From positions 186,001 to 250,000 of the forward strand of contig MNCI01003467.1 of assembly GCA_015680685.1 (NCBI GenBank): a stretch of DNA of 64,000 bases, in the 5' to 3' direction. The DNA comes from Gnetum montanum (Eukaryota > Plantae > Gnetophyta). Numbering within the stretch: the first letter of the stretch is position 1; every line of letters starts with the position of its first letter. Below the pieces are notes generated by a model. That model did no database searches, was not told the origin of the DNA, and worked only from the letters and a program-made list of their open reading frames with translations. The position numbers and the translations under genes were made by a program. Below are positions 49,848 to 62,964 of this stretch, piece after piece.

Positions 49848-51565
49848 AAAAAAAGTCTAGATATGAGCATGGAATCTACCCTCCAACTGTGAACTACCCA
49901 AGTTGGAAAACCACATAAATTTTGTGTTTAATTTGGTGACTAGATCTTGTTTTAATTAGGGAAATTATTCAACCCTTCTTATAAGTTCTTGATCCTCGTG
50001 AGATAACTATCAAATACCTACAAAATATGAATTATTATGATGGTCCAACTCTATATGAGACTCAAGATCATCTATTATATAATTTAGAATGTAATTTAAC
50101 AATATTAGCACAAGGGTCTCTATGATCATAGCAATGACATCTAAAGCCAAGTGCAACCATATTATCACACTCTAATTCTGTACCAAACACAGTAAGAACT
50201 CCTTTGCACCAGGCCTAAACCACACATGGGATTCCTCATGTAGGGTCATATTAGACATGGAACTATTAAGGAAGACCATCCTCATACAACACAAGAAACC
50301 CACCATTTCTACAAAAACCAAGATCCATTTCAACATAGCCCTATGCACAAGTCATAAAACATGTAGCCATTTGAGCATGAATTAATACTAAAACCAAAAT
50401 AAAACATAAAATTGACAACATTGATAAGGAAACTAGGATACAAGATAATCAAATTCATGAACATAACTAAGACTACACTTTAACTTGAAATTTAATCATT
50501 ATAAACAAAGTTTGATTGAGTTAGACATTTTAACAAATAGTTTTCAAGAAACCTAGAATCCTCTTGACATTGAAACTTACATAAAATAAGTAGCCAACAT
50601 AAAACATTTTTGGGCCTAGGGAGGTCCAACATACTCGCTTAGAATACTAAGATAGTCAAACACATTGTGTGCAAGGAGGAAAATGTCAAAAATGATGAGG
50701 TTTCCTATCTAAGCATACATGTTGGTCATTCCTTCCCCAAAAAATCCAAAAATGCTAAAAACATTTCCTACCTAGGTAGGGGAAAGTCAAAAATGCTACT
50801 CTCCTATAGAAAGAAGATAAAAATATTGATCACATGATCAGGAAAATATTACAATGATGTCATCCCAGGTACCAAGCACCAAAAATGCTACCAAAACTAG
50901 AAAGGAAAAGCTTAAACCCCTAGATACAAGTTGGAAAATGTGGAAAATGTTGCCTCCAAGGATGGAAAAAATTGCAAAACACTAATCACAAGCCACAAAT
51001 TTTGAAAATGTTGTCCATTAAGCCAAGATTGACCAAAATTTTACCTATTCAATTCTAGAAAAAGCCCTAGGTTGCCAAAAAAAATTACATGGAAAAACCC
51101 TAATTCACTATAGTTTAAGCATGAAAACCTTGGGAATGTAGCAATATAATGAAGAAAATTGAAAACGTTATCACAATTAGAGAAAAAGCCAAAAATGTTG
51201 TCTATTTTTTTCAAAATTAATAAACCCTAGTTTTTTATCATGTTAAAAATCCCAATTTGACATGAATTAACCTTAAAAAACTTATAAACACTACATTCAA
51301 ATTCTAAAACCCTGATCTAATGGTTTTCTCAATCACAAAGATTAAAAATGCTAACCCTTAGTGGAGAAAATCAAAAAAACACTATTCATGTATCCATAAA
51401 AAATCAAAAATGCAAAATATCTTTGCTATGATTGTCAAAAGATCAAAACCATAATTCTATGTAGTCAAAAAACAAAAATGTTAACATAAACAAGCCTAGA
51501 AGACCAAAAATGCTAGTAGAATTAGCTAGAAACCAAGAGAAAATGTTGGAAAGTATGATACCTAG

Positions 51566-52878
51566 TGATGAGTAGTAGGGTACCCCAACACTCTACCTTA
51601 CAAGTCACAAGTGTTCACATGCAACCTAATCATAATCCATGGATGGACAATGTAAGTATGCTAGCAGTTGATAGTAAGTTTGTAATCATTATCTTTCCAC
51701 TTTGAGTTAGTGAAGTCTAAGTACATGGTTTAACTTATAGTGAGGCATATGATATATGATTTTATTTGGCTCAAATTACTCCTAGTAGTAAACATGATTA
51801 AAAGTGAAATCAAAGTCCAAGTCTAAGTGATATAGAAATGGAAATCTATTCTACCCTAGAGTGATGAGTATATAGTCTTGGCTTGACAATCACATCTTAG
51901 GCTTGTGTGATTGTTACTGAAATTACCAAGTGGAGTTATTATTGAGAAAATTAAGAAAAACCTCTACTAGATTACCAAACAATTACACTTAATTGCTTGA
52001 AACTAATCATACTCATTCTACTTAACTAATGAGCATGAAAAGTAAAGTACTTGGAAATGTAAAGAATTAAACTAAGTAAATAGGAAAATTATGCCAAGCA
52101 AACAAAGAACTAAGGGAATGTTGCAATGATGAAAAATATTCTCAATCTTTATTACTTATCATGAACCATACCCAAGTATAATTCACTTGAATAAAGACTT
52201 CATACAACTACTTAACACCACACTATGGGCTTTCGCTCTATCACTAAGATTATGAAATAAAACTGTATTGGAAGAAATGTTTATTGCTTATGCATCCAAG
52301 TATTAGTATTTATAGGGCTACATAGCTCCCAAGAAATCACATCAATGTGGATGTAGCATGAGCTATAATATTGTAGCTACAATATTGTACTCATGAAAAA
52401 TTAGTTTTATCATACCTCCATGATTGACTAGAAACTCATCCTCAGTCAAACAGAATGAGGATAGAGTTCCTTACAAAATTATCAGGTACACTCAAACTTG
52501 ACATGACTAACTATTTCCATAACTTTGAATGTTGCATTCACATTTTTACAAAATGTACATACTTAACAATGACAAGACAAATAAAATAAGACAAAAATAA
52601 AGTAGCTCGATGTAGCCTTTATGTTCTAGGTGGATGAGGCTCCTCCATTGGCTTTTTCCCTTTATCATCAAGTTTCTAAAATTGGAATCTATTTTAGAGT
52701 GCTTGAAGCTTTTCTTTTTCTATCCTAGGGTCATGTATCTTCCATGAAAATTGTACAATGTTTGATGGAGTCAATACATCCCATGGGCATGGTAGTTGTG
52801 AGATGATTTTGTTAGCTTTAAGGTACCATGCTGCAAACTATCATCTTTCCTCTTCATGTGCTTCAACAATAGCACCAA
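51566..52878 (-). mobile_element. F1: 3' LTR (51566-52412), PPT and ~465 bp of 3' UTR from an Athila-like element
   Basis: TGATGAG..TTATCA termini, PPT-like tggaggta, direct repeat of 52879-54185. Confidence 0.85.
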
Positions 52879-54199
52879 TGATGAGCAATGACGTACCCCA
52901 ACACTCTACCATAGAAGTCAGAAGTATTCATGTGTGATCATATCATAATCCATGGATAGATAATGTAAGTATGTTAGGAGTTGATAGTAAGTTTTCAATC
53001 ATTGTATTCCCACTTTGAGTTGGTGAAGTCTAAGTGTATGATTTAATTCACAATGAGGCATATGATATATGATGTTGTTAGGCTCAAATTACTCCTAGTA
53101 GTAAAAATGATTGAAAGTGAAATCAAAGTATAAGTCTAAGTGATACAGAAATGGAAATCTATTCTAGCATAGATTGATGAGTATCCAATCCTAGCTTGTC
53201 AACCACATTTTGGGCTTGTGTAATTGTTATTGGGATTACCAAGTGGAGTCACTACTAAGAAAATCAAGTTAAACCACTACTAGGTTACCAAAAAATTACA
53301 CTTAAAACTCTCGAAACTAGTTGTACTCATTCTACTTAACTAATGAGAATGAAAAGTAAAGTACTTGAAAATATAAATAATTACGCTAAGTAAATAGGAA
53401 AATTATGCTAAGTAAATAAAAGAACTAAGAGAACAATGCAATGATGAAAAATAGCTTTGATCTTTATTATGGATCATGAAACATGCCCAAGTACAATTCA
53501 CTCGAATAAAGACTCCATACAATTTCTTAACACCACACTATGGGCATTCACTCTATTGCTAAGATTATGAAATAAAACTACAAGAGTCTAGCTAAATGTT
53601 GAAAGAAATTATTGTTGCTTGTACATTCAATTATCAGTATTTATAGAACTACAATAGCTAAATGATGACATAGCATGAGCTACAATATTGTAGCTATAAT
53701 ATCGTAAATATGATATCATACTCATGAAAAAATGATTTTATCATACCCCCATGACTAAATAGAAACTTTTCCTCAAGTTCAAACAAAATGAAGATAGAGT
53801 TCCTTACAAAATTAGGAGGTAGACTAGAAATGACTAAATATTTGCATGACTCTAAATGTCACATTGTTATTTTTACAAAATGGACACATTTAATAATGAT
53901 AATACAAATAAAACAAAAAAAATTGAAGTAGCTTGATGTAGCCTTTTATGTTTTGGGTAATAGAGGCTTCTTCATCAACTTCTTCCCTTTATCATCAAGC
54001 TTTTGAAATTGACATCTATTTGAGAGTGCCTAAAGCTTTTCTTCTTTTATCCTAGGGTCATGTAACATTCATGCATATTGTACAATGTTTTATGGAGTTA
54101 GTACATCACATGGGCATGGAAATTATGGGAATATTTTGTTGGCTTTGATGTAATATGCTATAAACTATTGTCTTTCCTCTTTGAATGTCATTGTTACAT

Positions 54200-55430
54200 T
54201 TCTTAACTCTTGGTAATCAAAAATCTAGCTAGTGGGTTTGCTACAACATCATTTTATCCCTAATAGTTGGCCTTGATAATTTTGAGATTTGATTTGTTCA
54301 CATGTCATTTTTTATATGGCATCTTTCTGATTAGCAAACTCTTTTTCATACATGGCATAAATGAATGCTACCTATTACTCATGCTCATTGCATTGTCGTC
54401 CTACTATTAACATGGCTAGGTTACTATACCGAAGGTTGTCTAACCACATGTACTCTATCAAATCTTTGATCTATAGGTCTTAGTTCTTTATTTCAACCTA
54501 GTGGACATGGACAAGGTTGTCTAGGATGGGTTGCCAATTTGGTGTTTTTGTAGTGATGAAATTAATTTTGGACTTTGCCACCTCATTTATCTACTTATAC
54601 ATACCCACTTGGTCCCTGAAATGTTCTTTGAACTTCTTATGTTTCTTGGCCTTGTTCTGCCATGCACTTATTTAAATTGTAGATTTTGGCAAATGGTGTG
54701 TACTTCCTTCATTGATAGGGTTCTATTTTCATGGACCAATTTTTTCATATCCTAGTTGACATGAATGAACTATTCTCATAGTTGATGTATGTTTTTTTCA
54801 AGAACATTCTTCTACTTCTGTCTATCAACATGGTGTTGTTAATAACAATCTTTTTGTTTTCCTATTCTAAGGCATTGAGAGCTTTGACATGTGTGTATAT
54901 TTGAGCTTCAACTACTAATGCATTCCATACATCCTTTTCTCTCTCCATCTTCACTTCTATGTTTCTAGTAATTAGCTACCTTACTTGATCAATCTTGAAT
55001 TATTCTAGCTTATCTAGAATGACAAATAATGTAGGATCCCTTATCTCTACTCTCAAATATACTAATTTAGCCTGTAGCCTCTACACTTCATTTTTGACAT
55101 TCTCTGCCCTCATTTCCTCCATAACTGGCTTTCCTTTTATGACTATTAGATAAGACTACATTGCAGTGATATCACTAGGGATATCAAAAAGATTTTGCAT
55201 CACTTGACTCATCTACAGTAGTCTTTCAAGGACATCTTCATGTTCTACTAGGATCATGGATGTGCCAACTAGCATTTGAGCATTCTTGGCTCCAAAAATA
55301 TTGACCAATGGCACAATTGGAACATTGAAAGATTCTTTGATATGATCGATTATAACCTCTACTTCTCTTGATGCATCCTAGTGTTACATAATCATAATTT
55401 TGGCACCTTCACTAGTTTCTAGCATCACCT
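54200..55430 (-). pseudogene. Extra 3' ORF of F2 (env-like position, coiled-coil rich)
   Basis: Long reading frame broken mostly by transition-type stops (MLETSEGAKIM..IKESFNVPIVPLVNIFG..EEMRAENVKNEV*RLQAKL..), preceded by a pyrimidine-rich tttag acceptor-like site. Confidence 0.6.
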
Positions 55431-57139
55431 AAAAGGATGTAACATTTCTTTATATTTGCTATGCCCAATCTTTTTCTACTACCTACAAAGATACCTACCC
55501 ACTAGCAAGTCCTATGAAAATTGCAAGAACTCTCCTTACTTTGAAATGGCATAATGAAAAAAATTTCTAAAGTCTCGTGTATATATATAGTTTTTTATAT
55601 ATGTGACATCATTAATGCAACATCATATCACCTAATACATCATAACTACAATGTCACCATTGGAAAATTTTAAATTTTTAAGCAATTTCTGATGGAAAAA
55701 TTAAGTTAATTAGATAGTTTGAAAGATGCATAGGTTGTCTGAAGAGTCTTGAATCATAGATGATGTTTGGATTATGAATATTTAGCATTCAAAGATCATA
55801 AGGAATCTCATCCAATGAAGGTCAATTAGGTATATATGAGATGAATTGAGAATTGTTAACATATGGACAGATTATAAAATTTGTGGGAAGTAAACATGAG
55901 TGCTAAAGTATCCTGGAGGTACAAGATGATGTGGAATTGATCATTAAGTACTAGGTACAAGAGTCATACAAGTGGATCCTTCCAAAAGAAGGCTTCAACT
56001 CTTAGTACCCTTGTATAACCATGCCTATAAGTGTTCATAGGAACTCAAGGAGTTGAATGCAGAATATACCTATCTTACAAAACACACATGTTAGTATTTC
56101 TAGAATGGAAAAATAACACTATATTATATCAAATCATTGAGTTATGATTAAATATACTAGTGAGGTGGAATGGGACTAGAAGGGATTAAAAAAATTATAA
56201 CTTGAGGTGTCTTACCATAGACATAATGAATCCTTGGGTGTAATATGTGGTTAAAGTAATCATTATCCTTTCAATCCAAGATATAAACCAAGTCCATACC
56301 ACTTTCCAATGACATCACACTCTATCATCCTCAAGACTAACAACCATAAGACTTCCACTACTTCAAGAAGCATTATCACTTGGCAATGTAGTTTAAGAAA
56401 GAAATTTATTAATATTACATTTTTTTTGATATTTTTGAGAAGTTGCCTACCTTTAGGCATGAGTAACATGTCTTTCCAGTAAGACCCCCAAAAATTTTAT
56501 TTTGTGCTTTTATTATATTTTTACTATGTCAGTCTTACCAAAGGACTACCTTCAAGCATGGATAACATGTCTTTTCAGTGACATGGTAAGACAACACTTA
56601 TTACACTCATAATTCCATTTTTTTTTTGTTAGAATTCAAGAGAATAATACAATCTTAACATTAAGATAAGGCTCATAGCATTAGTCTTAGAGAATCCACA
56701 AATCCCCTTGATGTCAAACCCTTTTTATTCCCACTTGGTTCTTCACTCTTCTATATAGGCATAATGTTCACAAGCTTCTGTTAATTATATTATGAAAAGA
56801 ATATCATTATAGACATGGTAAGAATCTCTTATTATTGTAAATAAGTAGATACATGATATGGTCTCATTGTATATAGAATTAGTCATTCATGATTTGATAA
56901 TATAGGGTAATCTTCACCTTATTAGGACTACATCTTTCTTTATTCCTTTGTACTTTATTTGACAAATCAACAAAAATATGTACAAAAATAGTGAAAACAA
57001 TAGTAATATGGAAAAATAAAGAGAGAATTTGAAAGATATCAAAGAATAACAAATGAATAGAAAATGGAAAAGTATAAAAGAATGAAAAGATATCATTGAA
57101 TATGAAAAAGTAATAAGAAAAGAAAAAGATTTAGTTCAG

Positions 57140-58330
57140 TGCCTAAGTATCACATAGGACACCCCCATGAAGATCAAATGGATGGAGGATGGTTTAGTAA
57201 GCTATATAGAATTCACAGAGGAATCAGGATGTTCATGGTACAATTTGACCTATTGAATATTGACTAGAATGAGTTTGTGTGGGCTCATTGGATGGTGTAT
57301 CTACATGATGCCTAAGGGATATGTTGCTTGGATGATGTAGGCTCCTTTCCATAAGCATTGCAACTTAGCCTTCTGTGGTATGTAACTAGTATTATAATAT
57401 AGAACTTTATCACTTGGTTGAATTGATACATGTTATATGTGTGAATCATGCCTATTTTTAGAGTACTTATTAAGTATTTAATTACTCATCAAGGCTACAA
57501 GTCTATTTTCCTTTAAAATGTTGAGATTCATGAGACATTCTTTCTAAGCTAACCTTAAGACAAGATTAAGTTTACTAGCAATAGCTAACATTTGTAGCTC
57601 TTCTTGGATTGGTAGTGTAGGAGGTTTTCCATAGACTAGCTCATAGGATGAATATCCTATGTAAAGTTTCCATGTGGTCGTATAGGCCCATAGAGCATCA
57701 TTTAGTTTAGTGCTTCCATATTTCATAAATCAACTAACTATTCTAGTTAATATTCCTATAATTTTCTGGTTAGTCACTTCTGCTTGACCATTCACTTTGG
57801 TGTGGTATGATGTAGTCAACTTATGATTCACTCCCAAGTTGTTGCATGAGCTTTTTGAATGTAGCACCCATGAAGTGTGCTCTATTATTAGATATGAGCA
57901 TTTTTTGTACTCCAAACCTATTTACCATGTGTTGTTGAAGAAATTTAGTAGCTATTATTGTTGTACAATCCTTTACTATAGCTACTTCTACTCATTTAGT
58001 AAAATAATCAATTATCACTATAATGTGAGCTTTCCCATTTGACATCAGCATGATGGGCCTCAGGAAATCAATTCTCTATATGTCAAATGGTTCTAATGGC
58101 TAAATTCATTAATGTGGCCCTTGATTCCTCATCATTATTTCTCCATCACACTAACATCTCTCACAAGAATAGATGAAGTTGTGTCCATCCTGAAATATGA
58201 TGGGCTACAAATAGCCTATCATCATCAGCTTAAGTGCTTTCCTACATCCTTTATAGTGACCACTACATCGTCCCTCATGCACATCCTGTAGAAGTCTTTG
58301 TTGGTTTTCTTACTAAACACATCATCTTAC
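57140..58330 (-). pseudogene. pol: Integrase (F2)
   Basis: PLEPFDI*RIDFLRP, LGVNHKLTTSYHTKVNGQAEVTNQKI, KLNDALWAYTTTWK..GYSSYELVYGK, LWKGAYII. Confidence 0.92.
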
Positions 58331-58579
58331 TAATCCCTCAACATAGATATTATAGATATTTTCATTGATTTCCATATATCACTTCACTTTATGAAGGAAG
58401 TGCTCTTTCTATTTTCTATTCCACTCAAGAGGTTGTTTTTATGTTAGAAGATAAGTCATATAGTCAATGATCCATAGCTTCTCTATTGAGTTAACAGCCA
58501 TTATTATCTTAGTAAACAAAATCTCATCAAGAAACTAGTCTAATAACAATAACTCTTGCTCTTATGGTTCCCATATTAG

Positions 58580-59870
58580 CCTTAACAAATTATCTGCTAT
58601 GAAATTCTCTATTCATTTCTTGTCAATCATAGTGATATTAAATTCTTATAGTATTATGAGCCACCTTATCATCCTAGGACTCATTGATGGTTTATTCATT
58701 AAACATCTTATTGCACCATGGTCCATGTGAACATAAATAAGATACCCAAGCACATAATGTCTAACTTTTTCCATTCCATACACCACAGCCATAAGCTCCT
58801 TCTACATAGTGGTGTAATTAAGTTGTGCTCCTATGATGCTTATACTAACACAGTGTATGTAGTATAGCCTATTTTGATTATCAAGCTACATCAGTACTAC
58901 ATCCACTGTATAACTGAAAGCATCTATTATTATGTGGAAGGGCTTGGACCAATCCAAAGCTTGAAGGATTAGTGTTTCAATTAGCTTGTATTTTAGTATC
59001 TCAAATGCCTTCTCACATTACTCTATCCACTAGAATGGTATATCATTCTTTGTCCATTTTACCAACAACTTTGCTATTTTGGAAAGATTTTATGGCCCAA
59101 AAATGATCCAACATCCTTTACAGTTTTTGGCCTCTATATTATGTTCTAATTATTCTTATCTTATTTAGATCTACCTCTATTTCTTTCTAGGATACTTTAT
59201 GTCCTCGGAAAATCCCATCTTGGACCATTAAATGGCTCTTTTACCAATTGAGCTTCAAATTTTTTTTAACACATCTTTTCAATGCTTCCTCTAAATGGTC
59301 TAATGCTTGCCTAAAATCTACCCCATAAGTAGAAAAGTTGTTCATAAATAATTCTATGCAGTTACTAATTTTTTTCTAGAAGAAAATTAGTACTAATCTC
59401 TAGAAAATAGCAGGCATATTACACAATCCAAAAAACATTTTCTTGTAAGAAAATGTTCATCATGGACTGATAAATGTAGTCTTTTCTTGATCTTTAGGTG
59501 TAACGCGGATCTGCTTGTACCCACTATATCCATCAAGGAAACTATAGTACTAATGTCATGCTATGATATCGAGGTCCTAGTCAAAAAATGATAAAGGCAA
59601 ATGGTCCTTGAATGTCATGGAGTTCAACAACCAAAAATCAGTACATACCCTCCACTTGTCACCTTTCTGTAGGACAATTACTACAGAATTAACCCATTTA
59701 CTATTCACAACGGGATAGATCAATCTTGCCTTTAACATCTTTTTTTATTCCTATTTTACTACTTCTTTGAGTTTGGAATTCAACATTCTCTAAGGCTAGT
59801 GATGTGGCTTGATAGCTAAATCTGTGTAGATTTGGTATTAAAATATTCACGAATCTATGCCTATGATTTC
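58580..59870 (-). pseudogene. pol: Reverse transcriptase and RNase H (F2)
   Basis: WRVCTDF, FLDGYSGYKQI..DQEKTTF, FGLCNMPAIF, FMNNF (decayed FMDDF), LNW*KSHLMV; RNase H DWSKPFHIIIDAFSYTVDVVL, NYTTM*KELMAVVY. Confidence 0.93.
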
Positions 59871-60299
59871 ATCGTAAGACCATGTGAATGTTGTTAGCCT
59901 TTGTTAACCAATTTTAGTATTATTTTCCTTTGGTCTTTATCAAGGTTTGTGTTAATGATTAATAGTATTTTATTATTTAGAAAAGCATATTCTTGCACTT
60001 CCAATAGGGCTTTTAACTCTAATAGTTCTAACTCAAACTTATCTAGGATCTCAAGTTGTCCCCATTCAATGTCTTCTTCTTGGAATGAATGTGCATAGGG
60101 TTGTTTCCTCCTTAACTATTCTAACTTATCTACTTCCTTAATGAGGCACTTATGATATGATTAGTTGGTTCCATGTATATTTTAAATTATGTCTCTTTAT
60201 CAATAATCAGCCACTAGGTCCCTTCTTGTTTAGTGGCTAATGCATATAGACATTACTACACACATATTTCTTCTACACATCAATTTCATGATATATTAA

Positions 60300-62790
60300 T
60301 TCCTTATTTAATAGTCCATATTTTTTGCATGCAACTGCACCCATTACTATTGTATGCAATACATGGAACTTAGTATCTTTGTATAATTTTAGCTTTTTCT
60401 TTCTTGGAAATTTCCAAGGAAAAATCTCTAATTCCTATCTTAGCATCCATAGTGCTAAGCCATGCCCTTCCCATTATTATAGGCAATTCTCTCTTATTTT
60501 TCCACACATGTATTACTAAGAAGTTAGTAAGATAGGGCCAGCTACTAATGGTGGTGATGACATCATCTACCTATCTAATTAGGACAATGATTGACTAGTC
60601 TATAAGCTCTAATCGAATATTTCTTCTTCTTATTGGTGGAATATTCTAGGCTTTGTGCATATCTTGTGAAATCACATTCACTCCTGATTCAGAATCCAGC
60701 ATAGCTTTGCATGGTTTATGACCTACTATTGGAAGATATATCAAGGGACTTCCTATATTTCTTCTCTTCTATGGAAGTTCTCCTACCTTAATACAATGTG
60801 TAATGGTTTGAGTGAGTATGATAGTAGTCAAATTTGGATTGGTAGAAGGTGGAAGCCTAGTATTCCTTAAAAGAGTGTATGTTGATGGGGTTGATGCTAA
60901 TGTAGCTCCCATCCTTTGAACTCTTTCTAGACTTGTTTCCTGGATTAAAGTTCATTCAGCATTACCTTCTCCTATGTTTTTACTACCCTTGTAACATTCT
61001 TCTACTATGGTTATGATGGTAGTTCCTCTTGCATGACTAGTGGTAGCACTAATAGTAGAGAATTGGAAGGTTGATTTGACGAACTAGCTACTAGTTGATG
61101 TGCATAAGGATTTGGATTCATCCTTGGAGTCATGAACTTGTAATACTCTCATAGATAATAATGAAAAGAAGTGTGGACTGAAGCATTTCTTAGAGATACT
61201 AGATATTAGACTTAATATCCATAAGGATCATGTTTCCTATATGGATAATATTACCTTGGTGGTGGCATTGACCATGCTTGTGGTTGTTGCCACTACTACT
61301 AGTATTGCTCTTGTGGCTGAGGATAGGCTCCACTTGGGTAGTAGGTCAATTGGAAGGGTTTTCTAAGATTATCCTAAGGATAAGGTAACTATATTGGCAT
61401 TTGCTTTTTAATAAATCTAGGATTAAGTGTGTATGCCCCAAACTCTTGCAAGTGGACCATAACAAGGAAACATCACTTAGGATGTTCATACTGGTACACC
61501 TTGCATGCCTCCTTTTCCTCTAAACTAGACTCTATAAATTTCTTAATTGTAGCAACTTTTCCTTTCTATTTATAAATCTCTCATCTATGATCTCTTCTCT
61601 TCTTCTTTTCTTTGCCTTTATTTAGTGCATGTTTAGTTCTTTCTTCTACTATCGTAAGAGCTATAGCAAATTTCTCTTCCACTAAGTCCCACCATTTCTC
61701 TAACTTTATTGCTATGTCGTTAACCAATTTCTAAATTGGTAGAGTCTTCTTTTGGATGGCATCCTCCAAGGTTTCATCTTCTTTCTTATTGCACATTCTG
61801 ACATCCTATTTTCTTATTGATAGATCTCAGTTATACTCTTTAGTTGATTCTCTTTTCTTTAGTTTTTTCCTTTTCCTCTTTTGCTACTTGGTCTATCAAC
61901 CTTTAAATTCAATGGGAAATCATATCTGATAATCTTTCTTGAATGTACACCCCAAGGGTCTCTCTAATTTTTTTTAACCCATTGATGATATGTCTAAGTT
62001 GTTTCCTCTATGAGAATCCATGGCCTAGTCATCTACATAGTAGAGAATAGTATTTGTCCATTACTATGTCAAGGGATTCATGTATTTCTTACTTTCATTC
62101 ATAAATTTGTTTTCTTAAATTTGAAAATATTGAGTAAGTGTGATACTTATCATTAAAAATATTTAGCATGGTACTCCATCTTTGAATTGATCTGGTTCTA
62201 AGGATCTATACGTACCCTCTACCTTCTTGATAGCATTCTGGAAAATAACGTTAGTTTATGCCAATCACTTTCAATTTTTTGAACGCCACACGTATCATGG
62301 AATTCTTGAATATGATTTTCTAGACCTGTACTATATCCACCTTAAAATGTAGGAATGTTATTCATGTCTAACCACTTGATGCAAATGTCCCTTACATGCT
62401 TAGTTTCAATAGATAATGCTTCCCTAATGTTCATCATGCTTTAAGTGACCAATAGAGGCTCTTCATGGCCATCAAGTTTGTAAGCTTTGTTACAGTGGTG
62501 TCTCTTTTGATTCTCATAGTGTTATTTCTCTTCATGCATGACCCTGTCTCTTCTTTCTTCATAATCATCTTTGATGAAGTGGTTACTCTAATTATTAGAA
62601 TGGTTATTATTAGAGTAGTTACTCTAATTATTAGAGTGGTTACTCTAATTATTAGATGTTGTAGCACTTGTAGTCGAGTGTAGTCATGTAGAACAACCTC
62701 CAAAAACCTCTAGCATGTAGCACTGGCATTGACATCAGCTCCAACACATCTCCAACAAGCAAGATTAGCAAGTTTCATTTCGTTTTGCAT
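60300..62790 (-). pseudogene. gag: gag and protease C-terminal remnant (F2)
   Basis: Probable ATG at 62790, charged region, Cys/His knuckle remnants at ~61430-61510, protease end LPIIMGRAWLSTMDAK at ~60440-60490. Confidence 0.7.
62579..62656. repeat. 21 bp tandem repeat (~3.7 copies) in F2 gag
   Basis: gtggttactctaattattaga. Confidence 0.9.
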
Positions 62791-62964
62791 GCCTCATTTA
62801 TCCCAAAATTGTACCTATGCTCGATGCCAGTCGATAAAGTGGACAGCATAGTCCCAGAGCATAGTCTCCAAGCTTGCACTATTTTTCAATTTTTAGGTAC
62901 ATTGCAGTCTCCTTGGCACTCACACATGTAATTCTACAGCATAGTCATAGTTTGGTAGTCTTAC

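Larger units (their letters stand above)
45651..50012 (+). mobile_element. Insertion H: probable solo LTR of an unrelated family (pieces 45651-46001 and ~49565-50012), interrupted by E
   Basis: Exon 1 of the C antisense gene reads through in frame once it is removed. U5-like end attattcaacccttctt..aactatCA. No TSD found. Confidence 0.55.
40020..50380 (-). pseudogene. Antisense multi-exon gene of C, interrupted by G and by H/E
   Basis: Exon 1 is split 50380-50013 / 45650-45520 (LVFVEMVGFLCC..WFRPGAKEFLLCLVQN*SVIIW..YNTNNTLML). Exon 3 ~45075-44030 (NMINSFNEDV..VHGFPIVL..IFGIPLKG). Exon 6 has NEFLCE..IEKQNKK..EEFIEA..DSLRTKEIE. Last exon 40080-40020. Confidence 0.8.
7431..51565 (+). mobile_element. 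Element C: outermost, fragmented member of the RT-less gag-PR/antisense-gene family (pieces 7431-8209, 36765-41438, 43710-45650, 50013-51565)
   Basis: Pieces rejoin collinearly with B and D once the nested insertions are removed. No LTR of C is visible in the window. Confidence 0.75.
52879..62960 (-). mobile_element. F2: decayed Athila-like Ty3/gypsy element with 3' LTR 52879-53743 and no 5' LTR seen
   Basis: gag-PR-RT-RH-IN order on the minus strand, PPT catgggggta next to the LTR, extra ORF between integrase and LTR. Confidence 0.88.

Noticed and set aside
56205-56825. Scattered gtcttacca / tggtaagac inverted words
   Set aside because: Too short and irregular to support a MITE or hairpin call without alignment to other copies.
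62434-62703. Repetitive ORFs on both strands (IIRVTTL repeats)
   Set aside because: These are alternative-frame products of the 21 bp tandem repeat inside F2 gag.
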